Assembly (NCBI GenBank): GCA_964016885.1
Contig: OZ024742.1
Span: 177,940,001-178,004,000, forward strand
DNA length: 64,000 nt
Reading direction: 5' to 3'
DNA from: Eledone cirrhosa
Lineage: Eukaryota
A program made the position numbers and the translations under genes. Of this stretch, positions 13,415-26,792 are shown piece by piece. The stretch's first letter is position 1. Every line of letters starts with the position of its first letter. Under the pieces are notes generated by a model, which saw only the letters and a list, made by a program, of their open reading frames with translations, ran no database searches and was not told where the DNA came from.

Positions 13415-16400
13415 TTACGACATTGCTAATTCCAAAGCCTCTGGATATACAACATACTTGATTTTGTCCTGTGGTGCCACAATGAAGAGACAATCAAGGT
13501 TCCCAACCCTTGTGCCAACATAGAGTTGACCATCTGAAAAGACAGGATCTGATTGCCCTTGAGATTTATTAATGGTCATGTCAAAACTGAGCCTGATCGG
13601 AAATTGAAGTCTTTGAAATTCAAATGGCAAATCAGTTGGCTTTAGAGGTATTCTGGGAATGAAACAATTGTCACCAGCAAATTTTCTTGATATGATTGCA
13701 ACTTCTAGAACATTGGACATCATATTTTTGATGATGAGTCTTGTGCCATTACAAAGTTTCGGAGGATCCAGATTGCGAAGTAACATAACCGATGCTCCAA
13801 GCTTCAGTATCAGGTTGTGTGGAGGAATTCCCGCTTGTTCAAGACTGTTCAAACATTCAGTTGGATAGTTTACAACCTGGTATTGAGAAGTGATTGTGCA
13901 ACTGATTTGTAGCAAATTTTCTCTCCCGGTAACATCTCCAGCAGCCTTCTGTTGATTTCTTTCACAGTAACATTTTTAGGTGCTAAGATTGCTCGTTCAC
14001 AGAGCCATTTCGGATCACATTACCTGGTCTGAATGTTTGGAAACACTCTGGCAATCAGTTCTTGTTCTGTGTCAATGATAAGGCCAAATGACAACTGAAT
14101 ATGGTCATTGGAGTCCTTTTCAAGAAGACCATTTCCCAATTTAAGTAGTTGGATGGCAAAGTCACTGACACCTTCGTCACCGGTTAAGTGCACTTGCATG
14201 CTGGTTGTAAGGCTCAGCAGCTGAAAGTGGGGCCAGAGATAGGATGTTTTCAGACAGGCATTGACCTGATCAGCTCGAGTCCCTCGAAGAATTACAGGCA
14301 GAGTTTGTCTGAAATCACCAGCAGGATTCCATTGTCACTCCTCCCATTATGCAACTATTTTCTCTGAGATCCCTTATCGTCCGGTCCAAAGCTTCAATTG
14401 CTCCTTTATGGCTCATAGTAGCTTCATCCCAAATTATCATCTTGCATGTTTGCAGAAGCTTTCCCTTTGGTGCGGTCTTCTTGATGTTGCAAAAAGATTG
14501 TTCATGCCATGTGAGATCTATGGGCAGCTTAAACATGGAGTGTGCAATTCTTCCCCCATCCAGAAGTGGTGCTGCAATGCCACTTGAAGCCACAGCAAAG
14601 GCAATATGTTGCTTTTGGCGAACTTTTGCAAGCAGGAGATTTATGAGGAATTTCTTGCCTGTGCCAGCAGGAGCATCGATGAAGAAAAGTCCTCCCCTGT
14701 CATTTTGAATGTTTTCGAGGATGTTGTAGTAGGCGTATTTCTGGTCATCCATCAATCGAGGTTCATTCTCATCCACAAACTTACGCAATGCTTGAATATC
14801 GTAGTTTGTCTCCTGAAAAATGTCTGGTGCTACCTCTATTTATTCATCTGGCTCTGGCATCCCGCAGTTAGCTAATGTGCTATTCATTGCCTGAACTCGA
14901 TGGGACAGGCCACAGAGAGCTTGATTGTAAATCCTGGGGGTATATTCCATATACATATTGCCATATACATATTGACTTCTGGCTAGGTGTAGATAGTCGT
15001 CTGACATTGTTTTTGTGCTCCTGCCAGAGTAGATGAGCTTAATCAATTCCACATGCTGTGAGCAAAATAGCAAATAATCGTCTTATTTGGCTGGCTACTT
15101 GAGTAATTGCTGCTTCTTTTAGGCACTTCTTCCAGTGACCATTGTCATGTAGGAATCTATGCTGTTTACATGCTTCTTGGTATGTTGCGCTCCCTTCCTC
15201 TGAAGCACCTAAGATCCTCAAATGACGTTGGTCCTCGAATAGTATGCAGAAGTAGCCGTAAATAAAAACATTCTCTGTTGTTGGGATGGACATTTTAAAC
15301 ACGCCCAATAGCATCACTTGACTTGACTTCATGACCTTCAACTAAATGATACTGCTTTCTTCGATTCCAGGTTTTGCAATTAGTCCAGGTGGGACATGTT
15401 GGGACTTCACCATATAGGAGGGATCGAGCAAATTCATCATTCTGGCAGAGTTTAAAGAAAGTAGTTAGTGTAGTGTCATGTGATGCTTGTGCCAACTGAT
15501 GAGCAGTGATCTCAGTGAAGTACACTCTCTGTCCATTTTCCATATGGAGTGCGAGGTTGACCACTGTTGGTTGGCGTTGATGGATATCAAATCCAAAGAT
15601 TCACCAGATAGCTTCATTGCTGGAGATGTATCGACCTGTTTGATACCGTTTGACCTCATCCAGCCCACCACCATTGAGTTCTTTGTCAGTAATAAAGGTA
15701 GCCATGTCTCTGCCCTTGTTGACATATTTTGTGACATATAGGATTGCCTTGACGGAGCTGCAATACTCAACATTGATATGAGCTTTTAGAAGTTTTCACA
15801 ACAATTTGTTGTGCGGGACGACCCACTGATTGTTTATGGTCAGCTCCTCTCCTCGAACTGTTAGGCTTGCAGTATTGCCTCCATGTTCTGGTCTACGCCT
15901 ACGATAAAGGGGGTATCCATTATTGTCAGTCCGAGTTTCCCGAATAAAAGCTCCAGGATAATGTTTGCTGCATTTTTTATTTTTCATGCAGGGAGAGGCT
16001 GGATTGATGACTCCACATGGACCATGAATGAGTTTGGACTTGATGGTTTCAAAGTGCTCTGGATCACCACCTTTATCAGGCAACTTTTCTGAAATGATCT
16101 TATCAACATCATCTGGTCTTATCTTCTCCTTGCACCAGATTAGTGTGTGAGAGTGAGGAAGACCTCTCTTCTGCCACTCAATAGTGGTCATCCAAGCACT
16201 AAGTTCACCAAAGAATCCTCTTTCTTTTAGGAGCCAGATGAGTTTGTTTTTTTTTTGCTTTTCATGGAAATCCCGAGCAATGAGGTCATGTCGATCCTTT
16301 GGTTTTTGATTTTGAAATAAATCATTTGATATTTCCGACCAGTTTGAATTGCATTTAAATGTAATGAAGAGATCTGGCTGACCAAAATTTCTGACATAGG

Positions 16401-17818
16401 CCATTGCATCTTGCGTACATGGTCCTCCCGTGAAGCTTGATGGCAGTATGACTGGCTGGCCAATATTTCTTGGGTCAACATCAGAATCGATGGCATCTCT
16501 AAGGTGGATGTAGTTATCTGCCCTCAACTTAGTTTGATTCCTTCCCAGAAAACCCAATCTTTTTTGTTTCAATTTTGGCAAACATGTCCACCATGAACTG
16601 GCTGGTTACTTCTTTGAATCGCAGAACTTGGTTGAAGTGATCACGTACCATGAACTGATAAGCATAGAATTCTTTGCAGCTGATTGATCGGCCAGTCACT
16701 TGTTCCGTTCCTGGGCTGATCTGCCGTAGCTGAAAATGATATCCATCTTGACAATTCCAAAAGATGAGCGGTTATTGGAGTGAATCATAGGCTCTATGAG
16801 TTTAACAAATTCGCTCCAAATGTCCATTTCGTTTTTGAAAAACAATGTCACGTCGTTCATGCTGTTCATCAACCATTATGATTGCAACTTCATCAGTGAC
16901 AGGTGCATTGAATCTGCGTTCATGTTCTGAAGCGGGGCGTTTGTCTGCCTAATGATGATTTTACTATCTCTAGTGTTGTTCATATGCTCCAGTGCATATT
17001 TAAACACACTGACGTACATGTGATGTTGGTGAAGCATTTCTTGTAAATTTATGACTATGTAGAACTGCAATCCACCATGGATATTGGTACATCTTTGTTG
17101 TGCCTGTGTTTCATTTCTCCCCATGAAGTAAACCTGCACAAATGCGTGAGGCTCTTGTGAAAGTGGCAGAAGGCCACCCATTAAGTGGTGACACTGTCCC
17201 TGAATTTTATAAGTTGTACAGAATCTAAAGTCAGACACATTCCTGTCAGCCCCATAAGATATCATTTGAAAGTCAGAATTATATTTTATGATGTATTTAT
17301 TGAAGTGTCGTGCTTCTAGTGTATGCTGAAGGAGCAGATTCTTCAGAAATTCAGTAGGTTCTTGTATTGTTTTAAGGCTCACTTTGCCTTTTGAGCAGCA
17401 TAGACTTGATTCTTTCTGCTACCCACTTTTTGGCACCACAATACTGGCAGCATTTGTTCATTTTCCCAATGTTGATTTGTGGATTACTGCTGTAGTCCTT
17501 TTGTGGGTCATAAGAAAAAGCACCCATCTGCCAGTTCATTTTACTTGTGACTTGTTCTCCTGCTCGGGCAGTAGAATGATGTGCTTGATTAGCATTTCGT
17601 CTGATTTGCTGCTGTTCCTTAATTTGTTGTTCTCGTGTAGCAGCAGTCCTTTGTTCCCTTTCATCCAAACGGTGTGCTTGTGCTAAAGCTGTTTGGGCTC
17701 TGTTAGCAGCTAGAAGGGCATGCCGAACTTCTTCACTTTCTTCAGATCGCTGTGTTTTCTTTCTCCTAGCCTCTGAAGATGACCTTACATATAATGATCT
17801 GGAACGTTTTCTAGGCAT
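13415..17818 (-). pseudogene. Helitron RepHel (HUH replication initiator + PIF1 helicase), frameshifted
   Basis: Rep: PDLFITF, IEWQKRGLPHSH, HGPCG, CSKHYP, YPLYRRR. PIF1: FIDAPAGTGK, AVASSGIAA, AHSMFKLP, IIWDEATM, LCNGTRL, QFPIRLSF.MTINKSQGQS. Split across at least 8 ORF pieces. Confidence 0.92.
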
Positions 17819-17845
17819 TTGAAGTGATATTATTACACACCACAC

Positions 17846-17908
17846 GATAAAACAAAGTACCAGTAATCCACAAGAATAATTGTTGGCCTTGTGCCAAAAG
17901 TAGAAACA
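17846..17908 (+). mobile_element. 5'-truncated SINE inserted in the Helitron, 17-bp TSD
   Basis: SINE 3' end (AAGTACCAGTAAT...GGCCTTGTGCCAAAAGTAGAAACA) flanked by ATTATTACACACCACAC at 17829-17845 and 17909-17925. Confidence 0.85.
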
Positions 17909-18169
17909 ATTATTACACACCACACTCTTTCCGAAATAGAAACAACTATAGAATATATTGTTCACTCAGTAAAGTTGCTTTAAATGATCTCTTTATATGA
18001 ATGTATATTAGGTGTAATTAATTTGAGACATATGTAGAAAATATTGGGATTTCAGATTGTATGAAAAGAAACGACTAACACTACATATGTAGACATATGT
18101 AGACATATGTAAAAAATAAGCTTTGATGGTAACATATATCGTCTGCTAAGATCCCCCCCCCCCCATAGC

Positions 18170-18392
18170 ACACACATTTCTCTCTCCCATCTTTTCTCTG
18201 TTCTTATTGTCTTTTTCTCCCCATCCTCCTCATCCCCTTTCTCTTTCTCCTTCCTTTCTTTCTCCTCTCTTTCTTTCTCTCTCTCATCCTTACACAATAG
18301 CAAACAAAAAATAAATAAAAGATGAATAACATTGGGAGAGTTAAGAAGTGTGTAAAAATAATAAATAAATAAAAGTTAATGAACGCTTGCTA

Positions 18393-18431
<39 letters not shown>

Positions 18432-18830
18432 ATCCCATTACTCTCTCTCTCTCTCTCTCTTTCTCTCTCATATCCCCTCCCATCTCTCTACAGAATAGAG
18501 AACAAAAAATAAAGAAAAGATAAATAACGTTAAGGAAGCGGGAGAGTTAAAAAGTATGTAAAAATAATAAATAAATAAAACTTAAGAACGCTGGTTACTT
18601 TCCCTCTCTCTCTCTTTCATCGTCTTTCTCTCTCATCCCCTTACTCTCTTTCTTTCTCTCTCACATCTTCTTACTCTCTTTCGCCCATCTCCCATTCTCT
18701 GTCTCTCATCCCTTACTCTCTTTCTCTCTCTCTCACATCCCTTACTCTCTCTCCCATCTGCCACTCTCTCTCTTTCTCTCTCCCATGCCTTACTCCCTCA
18801 CTCTCTTATCTACAGACTGGAGAACATAAA
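18170..18830. repeat. CT-rich minisatellite and ~200-bp imperfect tandem duplication inside the Helitron
   Basis: GGGAGAGTTAA..GT.TGTAAAAATAATAAATAAATAAAA occurs at ~18333 and ~18541, interspersed with (CT)n and CCCTTACTCTCT units. Confidence 0.75.
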
Positions 18831-19071
18831 AAAACAAAATGGATGATCTCTTTTGCTATTCATTAGAAAATAAGATAAATTGAATTTAAATAAATTCCTT
18901 GCTTTGCAGAGTAAAACTTTTTCGACCGTTATCTGTCCGAGGGTATAGTGAATATGTACATGTAATTTTGAGGAGTTTGGTCCGGTAGTTTGCTAGTTTT
19001 AGGCGGACACACAGCATCGTAAACTTGCATATATATATATATATATCCAGACAGCCTCCAAAAGTAATGGT

Positions 19072-19148
<77 letters not shown>

Positions 19149-19195
19149 TTATTTATATATATATATATATTTATATATAAATATATATATATATT

Positions 19196-19228
<33 letters not shown>

Positions 19229-19259
19229 ATTTATATATATATATATATTTTTATATATA

Positions 19260-19347
<88 letters not shown>

Positions 19348-19378
19348 AAGAATCAAAGAACTGTTCAAAACATTATTG

Positions 19379-19425
19379 TGCTTACAGCTGTTTTCTCCAA
19401 ACCGAGGTTTGGATTCTTCGGAGCA
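19379..19425 (-). ncRNA. Variant hammerhead fold at the 3' end of Penelope-2 (mirror copy at 25575-25621 on +)
   Basis: UGCU-CCGAAGA-A-UCCAAAC cucg GUUUGGA-GAAAA-CAGCUG-UA^AGCA. U4C core variant with palindromic stem III ACAGCUGU. Confidence 0.6.
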
Positions 19426-20869
19426 ATTTATTAATGCATGGACAGTTATATGACCTCCTTTTCAGCCGAGATACATACCGATACACATTCAAACATTGAT
19501 ACATATTCAAACATTGTGGGTCAACATTCATTACAGAATTTAGAGTGGCAGTACACACTTCGAGATTACATTTATATTAATAGGTACAATCAAAAATCAA
19601 AAATACAGGTTAAAATACAACATGAAGATAAGCGGTTATATAATGCAAATGTTATATGTGTGGCACGCATGTGCGTCTTGTTTATATAGTGTGGCGGAGA
19701 GATATGTGTGGTAGAGGCACTTAGGTAGGTGAACAAGAGTGTTAGGTTGGTAGATCTGGTGGCAAATTTTTTATATGATTGATATAGTCTGTGTGTGGAG
19801 AAATATTATAAGCATTAAAAATAGTGCAAGCATTAAAAGTGTTAAAATTATTGGAGATGCACAGCGCAGGGATGTCAAGTATTTCATGTACTTCGGCATT
19901 TTCATGGTTAGGGGAGTGTATTTTTCGATAATATGCCCTTCACATAATCCACGACAATCCAGTTAGAGATCGTAGTCTGGTGTACTTTAGTTCAATACAG
20001 GAGGCTGTTACGTTTCGAGAAACGCCATTGAATACCGCCCGGAAGTGTGTGTGTGGCTAAGGGGAGTTAATGCAGGCGGGGAGGTAACTCTGGGGTTTCT
20101 ATACCTAGCTAATAAAATGTGTCCCAATATAGACCCTAATTTCTATGGTGATGCGCATCCTCCAAGAGAAATATTTATAGCATAAAGTGTATTAACTATA
20201 GAGTAGTTTAATTAAGTTATGCTGAAGGTGATCATATTATTATGGTGGATTAACCCATCGTAGGGTGCCACAAATGGAAATTATAGATGATGAGCGAGGA
20301 TTCTAAATTAATGATCTCTGTGGTTGTAGTCTACTCATAGGACCCGGCGCGGTGATTGCAGGATTGTTTCAGGACCCAATGATCTCTGGTAAGATCTGGG
20401 TCATCGCTTGCTACATTGGATGTCGAAAGATAATCATCCCCAGGCCGGCCAGAGGTCAATTCGCAGTCCTCGCGACCCCTCTCTGGCCGTCAGATCATCC
20501 ATATACATACAACCCGCACGGCAGTTGCAATGGATTCACTCACTGCGCTCAGCAGCCCAGTCCTACTGGTCAACAGCGTTACCAGATTAAATCATTTTTC
20601 ATCTGTCTAAGGAAGGTGTTTCCTCTGAACAACACTATCCAACCGATCAATTCATGCTCAAATTACCCTTAGAGTGGTGTAGTGTCGTTCAAGTGGGTGG
20701 ATGTTGTCACACCTGACGTAGAAGTATAAATGGGTATTCTCCCTGTGAAGGGTTCCAGAGGGATGTCGTTGTTTGTGTTATAGTAGATCAGTTAGTGTTG
20801 GGTATGTAGTATAAGGTGTGTCTCTGGTGTTTGATGCTAGATGTGGTGTTAGGTTCCAGTCCGACATTG

Positions 20870-23291
20870 CTATATATTGGGCTTAAAGTTTTGGAAGGAA
20901 TGTCTGAGGCGGTGCTGGCAAGTTGCAAACACCTCAGATTTTTTGTTAAGTAGGTTACGGTTGGAGAAGATAATATTGTGTGTCTCTAGTATACAGAGGT
21001 TACAAAATTTATCAGGTGGTCTGTACGAGGTTGCGCTGCCTATCACTTCCCATTTGAGTGTGTATGATTTATTTTTAGATTTTAGATAGTTTATGTAGCT
21101 AGAAAGTGAGGTGGAATTTGCTAGGCTGTGCTTTTTGAACGAGTGGATGTGCGAATTATATCTGATTTTGAAGCAGTTAGAAGTGGAGCCTACATAGGTT
21201 TCTGAAGAGTTGTTAGTCGTGACGGTGCATGAGTATATGACATCCTTGGTTAGGCATTTTTTATCTAAAGGGCAGGTTCTATTAGCTCTACAGTTACAAT
21301 TATCTTGTGCGTTAGTCCGCTGGTTATAATGCAGTGCGGAAGTCTGTGTGGTGTCTATAGGATTTTGGGCGTTCGGGTTGACAACCCTAGTGTTATTACT
21401 TATACTAGTGTTATTTCTATTGTTACTGCCGTTGCTATGGTTGCTTGCTACAGTGGTATTTAGAGGGTTTGCATCCCGTTGTGATTTTGTTTGTTGGAAG
21501 TAAGAACTAATTTTACTATTATTGCTGCTAGCTATGTGGTATGCTAAGTTAGGCGTCGTAGAGTATGAGATTTTAATGGTGTTTTTGTTTAAGAGGTTGT
21601 GGTACTTGTGTCCTAGAGGGAAGTTTTTATCTAGTAGTGAGAAGAAAGCCCTAGGTATGTTGGTGGAGACATTTAGGTTGAATGGAGGGTTGAAAAATGT
21701 ATTATTTCTTCTTCTATTTTTGCTTTTAGTGTTTGGTGTGTTGTTTCCTCCTAAGGCCCCACAGTAGTTTCCATGGTAATGGTTACTTCCGGTGGCACCC
21801 TCCGCTTTGGTGTACTTGTGGTTGCTATTCCTATTATTAGGTTTCCTCATGGACATGTTGTGCGAGATGATGTTGTAGCTATGTGTTTTCTTAGGTAGGA
21901 ACTCAATTTCTATATTATGGCCGGAGCTAGCTAATGCTTGATTGTAATATTGTGAGTTTTTGCTAAATATGTCTGCGTCATAGGACAGGCTAGAGATTCT
22001 ATTGGACACCCCCTTAGAGATAGAGTTTAATATTGATCTAGGGTGATTAGACTTGGTATCTACGTAAATAAGTTTCTCGTTAGGCTTATGGAAAGGTGTA
22101 TATATTTTTGAGTCCAGGTATAGTGTGGCGTCTAGGAAGTTAACATTTTTAGTGTTTTTGTCTATGGTGATACTAAGGTTAAAGTTTTTGAATGTCTTAT
22201 GCAGTTGTTTTCTAGTTCTTTCTATATTAAATTTTTTATATTCTATAAGTAGAAGTGCATCATCGCGGTACAAACCACCGTTGAGGTAAGGGAGGTCCTT
22301 ATGGATTTCATTGAGGAGGTATAGGCCGACCAAATCAGTGACCTGCGCCGAGTCACTAGATCCCATGGTTATGTCGAAGTTGTTGTACGTATCCTTGCGT
22401 GTCCATAGTTGGTCCTCGAAGGTGATTATGGTTTTACGGGCCGCAAGGATGACATCAACCTGGGCTCTAGTCAGGTCGCTATTGCTCATGGCCATGATAA
22501 GTGCCTTATTTAATAGGATAGGGGAAATAGAGGTGTAGTATGAATTGATATCAAATTGAATAAATTTTTTGTTCTTATTATTCTTGATATCCTTGAACCA
22601 TTCAATCACTTCACCCGTATTTCCCCATTGTTTAAGGTGTATCTTGTGTTTAATTTGTGGGATGATTTTTATCCAAAATCTTCTTGCTGATAATACCAAT
22701 GTCGGACTTGGAAGGGCAGATAAGTCTTATCGTGGGGTTGCTGATGAAGTTCTCTTTATGGTCCTTCAGAGAGAATCTAGGGGGGTTCGGAGTGAAAGGT
22801 TGTGTATGCCTCTGCAGTCCTAGTTTAGACACTATATTATAACCCTCTACATTAATATCTTCTAAGTTTTTCAAGGTGGTTTTTTTGTAGCTTTTATGTA
22901 GTTCATTATATATAAACTTTCTATAAGTATTATAATCTAGGCTGTATATGTTATTAGTTTTATCCGCGTGTACAATAATTTTATTACTAGTTTTGAATCC
23001 ATTAATAGAAGTGTTAAGTTTGTTTAGGAAGGTGTTGCTTCTAATATGGTGCTTATTGTATTTAATGTTCTTAACTAGTTTAACTAGGTCATTTTCAAAG
23101 GAGTTAAGTAGAGTGTTATGAGGGGGGCTTTTAAAGGTTTTAAAGCCGAAGGAGTCAAAATTGTTAGTATTATTCAAGTTGTTAGATCTGTTTCTATCAT
23201 AATGGAATGTCCTCCATCTCACTCTATTGATAAATGAATTTACACTGTTGATCAGCAATTTCTCATATGTATTCCTGGATGGTATTGGTAT
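20870..23291 (-). CDS. Penelope RT + GIY-YIG endonuclease; near-intact, one frameshift at ~22690, N-terminus clipped by the inversion
   Basis: IPIPS..Y...LI..V..FI.RVRW, ADKT, KDHKENF, RLICP, FDINSYYTSI, MGS, LYRDD, VNFLD; then CNC..CPL..CL, VIYSC, YVGST, FKIRYNSH, CNLC..E, LLNKKSE..CQH. ORFs 22650..23303 and 20870..22699. Confidence 0.88.
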
Positions 23292-25825
23292 GAAATAATA
23301 CATTTTTCAACCCTCCATTCAACCTAAATGTCTCCACCAACATACCTAGGGCTTTCTTCTCACTACTAGATAAAAACTTCCCTCTAGGACACAAGTACCA
23401 CAACCTCTTAAACAAAAACACCATTAAAATCTCATACTCTACGACGCCTAACTTAGCATACCACATAGCTAGCAGCAATAATAGTAAAATTAGTTCTTAC
23501 TTCCAACAAACAAAATCACAACGGGATGCAAACCCTCTAAATACCACTGTAGCAAGCAACCATAGCAACGGCAGTAACAATAGAAATAACACTAGTATAA
23601 GTAATAACACCAGGGTTGTCAACCCGAACGCCCAAAATCCTATAGACACCACACAGACTTCCGCACTGCATTATAACCAGCGGACTAACGCACAAGATAA
23701 TTGTAACTGTAGAGCTAATAGAACCTGCCCTTTAGATAAAAAATGCCTAACCAAGGATGTCATATACTCATGCACCGTCACGACTAACAACTCTTCAGAA
23801 ACCTATGTAGGCTCCACTTCTAACTGCTTCAAAATCAGATATAATTCGCACATCCACTCGTTCAAAAAGCACAGCCTAGCAAACTCCACCTCACTTTCTA
23901 GCTACATACAGTATCTAAAATCTAAAAATAAATCATACACACTCAAATGGGAAGTGATAGGCAGCGCAACCTCGTACAAACCACCTGATAAATTTTGTAA
24001 CCTCTGTATACTAGAGACACACAATATTATCTTCTCCAACCGTAACCTACTTAACAAAAAATCTGAGGTGTTTGCAACTTGCCAGCACCGCCTCAGACAT
24101 TCCTTCCAAAACTTTAAGCCCAATATATAGCAATGTCGGACTGGAACCTAACACCACATCTAGCATCAAACACCAGAGACACACCTTATACTACATACCC
24201 AACACTAACTGATCTACTATAACACAAACAACGACATCCCTCTGGAACCCTTCACAGGGAGAATACCCATTTATACCTCTACGTCAGGTGTGACAACATC
24301 CACCCACTTGAACGACACTACACCACTCTAAGGGTAATTTGAGCATGAATTGATCGGTTGGATAGTGTTGTTCAGAGGAAACACCTTCCTTAGACAGATG
24401 AAAAATGATTTAATCTGGTAACGCTGTTGACCAGTAGGACTGGGCTGCTGAGCGCAGTGAGTGAATCCATTGCAACTGCCGTGCGGGTTGTATGTATATG
24501 GATGATCTGACGGCCAGAGAGGGGTCGCGAGGACTGCGAATTGACCTCTGGCCGGCCTGGGGATGATTATCTTTCGACATCCAATGTAGCAAGCGATGAC
24601 CCAGATCTTACCAGAGATCATTGGGTCCTGAAACAATCCTGCAATCACCGCGCCGGGTCCTATGAGTAGACTACAACCACAGAGATCATTAATTTAGAAT
24701 CCTCGCTCATCATCTATAATTTCCATTTGTGGCACCCTACGATGGGTTAATCCACCATAATAATATGATCACCTTCAGCATAACTTAATTAAACTACTCT
24801 ATAGTTAATACACTTTATGCTATAAATATTTCTCTTGGAGGATGCGCATCACCATAGAAATTAGGGTCTATATTGGGACACATTTTATTAGCTAGGTATA
24901 GAAACCCCAGAGTTACCTCCCCGCCTGCATTAACTCCCCTTAGCCACACACACACTTCCGGGCGGTATTCAATGGCGTTTCTCGAAACGTAACAGCCTCC
25001 TGTATTGAACTAAAGTACACCAGACTACGATCTCTAACTGGATTGTCGTGGATTATGTGAAGGGCATATTATCGAAAAATACACTCCCCTAACCATGAAA
25101 ATGCCGAAGTACATGAAATACTTGACATCCCTGCGCTGTGCATCTCCAATAATTTTAACACTTTTAATGCTTGCACTATTTTTAATGCTTATAATATTTC
25201 TCCACACACAGACTATATCAATCATATAAAAAATTTGCCACCAGATCTACCAACCTAACACTCTTGTTCACCTACCTAAGTGCCTCTACCACACATATCT
25301 CTCCGCCACACTATATAAACAAGACGCACATGCGTGCCACACATATAACATTTGCATTATATAACCGCTTATCTTCATGTTGTATTTTAACCTGTATTTT
25401 TGATTTTTGATTGTACCTATTAATATAAATGTAATCTCGAAGTGTGTACTGCCACTCTAAATTCTGTAATGAATGTTGACCCACAATGTTTGAATATGTA
25501 TCAATGTTTGAATGTGTATCGGTATGTATCTCGGCTGAAAAGGAGGTCATATAACTGTCCATGCATTAATAAATTGCTCCGAAGAATCCAAACCTCGGTT
25601 TGGAGAAAACAGCTGTAAGCACAATAATGTTTTGAACAGTTCTTTGATTCTTATATTTCATATAACTGCTCTGTAAATCATCTGATGTTTTTACATTGAG
25701 CTACTTAACTTACTGGTAATAAGGTAGTAATACATTACTGCCTACCACTATTTAGGGTGTGTGTAAAATACTTATAACTGCTTAAGGTTTTGTATTTACA
25801 TAACCATAAATAGTATAACTAATAC

Positions 25826-25874
<49 letters not shown>

Positions 25875-25889
25875 ATTTTTATATATATA

Positions 25890-25960
<71 letters not shown>

Positions 25961-25963
<3 letters not shown>

Positions 25964-26764
25964 GCTGCTGTACTTTTTTTATCAAATATTTCTTCATAGG
26001 AGCCTTTATTCTTATAGCCTGGTCTAATTGAATTTTTATATGGTTAATTATGCTAATTGGGAGAGGAAATGGTATATATTTTACCAAATAATTCTATGGA
26101 CATAATTTATGATATATTGCTCTCATTATTTAATTTATTAATTCTTCAATGAGTCACATCGTGAATGGTTGCCGCATATATATCTATAACTTTCTGTATA
26201 TGTAAATCTTTATATTTAATAATCTCCCAGTAGGTTGAGATGTAATTTGGGCAATATTGGGCTGCGCTTTCTAGCAACCAGCCTACTCGCCGTAAGCACC
26301 TAATCACATTCTTTCTAACTTGACCACTGCCACGTCACGATTCTTAGCCATTTTTTAATCAATTTCTGGCGGGGATCGCTTTGGAAAATAAATTGTCCTA
26401 TGAGCATGTCTCCTGATGAGTTCGATACTCGAGATTTATCCTTAATAGGATATCTAAAAACGCGAACGAAACCCAGGGTAGGGACATAAGAATGTACTCA
26501 TTTCTTCTAACTTTAAATTTATACCTAATTGTATGGTTGGCGGTATATTTAGTCAGTTTCTACATGCTATTGAAATGTGGAGTATTCTATTGCGGTCGGC
26601 CGCGAAGAGGCTGCTGTAGTTTATTTATTAAATATTTCTTCAGAGGAGCCTTTATTCTTATAGCCTGGTCTAATTGATTTTTTATATGGTTAATTATTCT
26701 AATTGGGAGAGGAAATAGTGTATATATTTTATCAAATAATTCTATGGACATAATTTATGATATA
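25961..26764 (+). mobile_element. Non-coding retrozyme-like element: 646-bp unit plus ~156-bp terminal direct repeat
   Basis: 25961-26116 is repeated with divergence at 26607-26764. One internal HHR, flanked by (TA)n, no meaningful ORF. Confidence 0.72.
26406..26487 (+). ncRNA. Type I hammerhead ribozyme (canonical core)
   Basis: AUGUCUC-CUGAUGA-GUUCG...CGAAC-GAAA-CCCAGGG-UA^GGGACAU: 7-bp stem I (one G-U), G10.1-C11.1 pair, extended stem II, GUA triplet. Confidence 0.88.
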
Positions 26765-26792
26765 TATATATATATTTATATATATATATATA

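Larger units (their letters stand above)
12493..19070 (-). mobile_element. Helitron (degenerate autonomous copy)
   Basis: Minus-strand 3' end: hairpin TACCCGG-GTATCA-CCGGGTA, then GCTCAG-CTAG|T at 12493. Contains Rep-helicase remnants. The 5' end is lost in (TA)n near 19.03-19.14 kb (approximate). Confidence 0.85.
19336..25826 (-). mobile_element. Penelope-like element 2 (Naiad-like) with ~2.37-kb near-identical inverted arms
   Basis: 19336-21708 is the reverse complement of 23292-25664 (paired coordinates sum to 45000). The right arm has a ~160-bp extension to 25826. Both ends lie in (TA)n. Confidence 0.92.

Noticed and set aside
19438-20672. Small ORFs duplicated at 24328-25562
   Set aside because: They are identical only because of the inverted repeat, are antisense to the element and have no recognisable motifs.
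20870-23303. Selenoprotein (UGA-recoded) Naiad with a SECIS element
   Set aside because: The nuclease cysteines are ordinary Cys codons in an open frame, and the UTR hairpin near 24500-24570 lacks a convincing AUGA/AA/GA SECIS arrangement.
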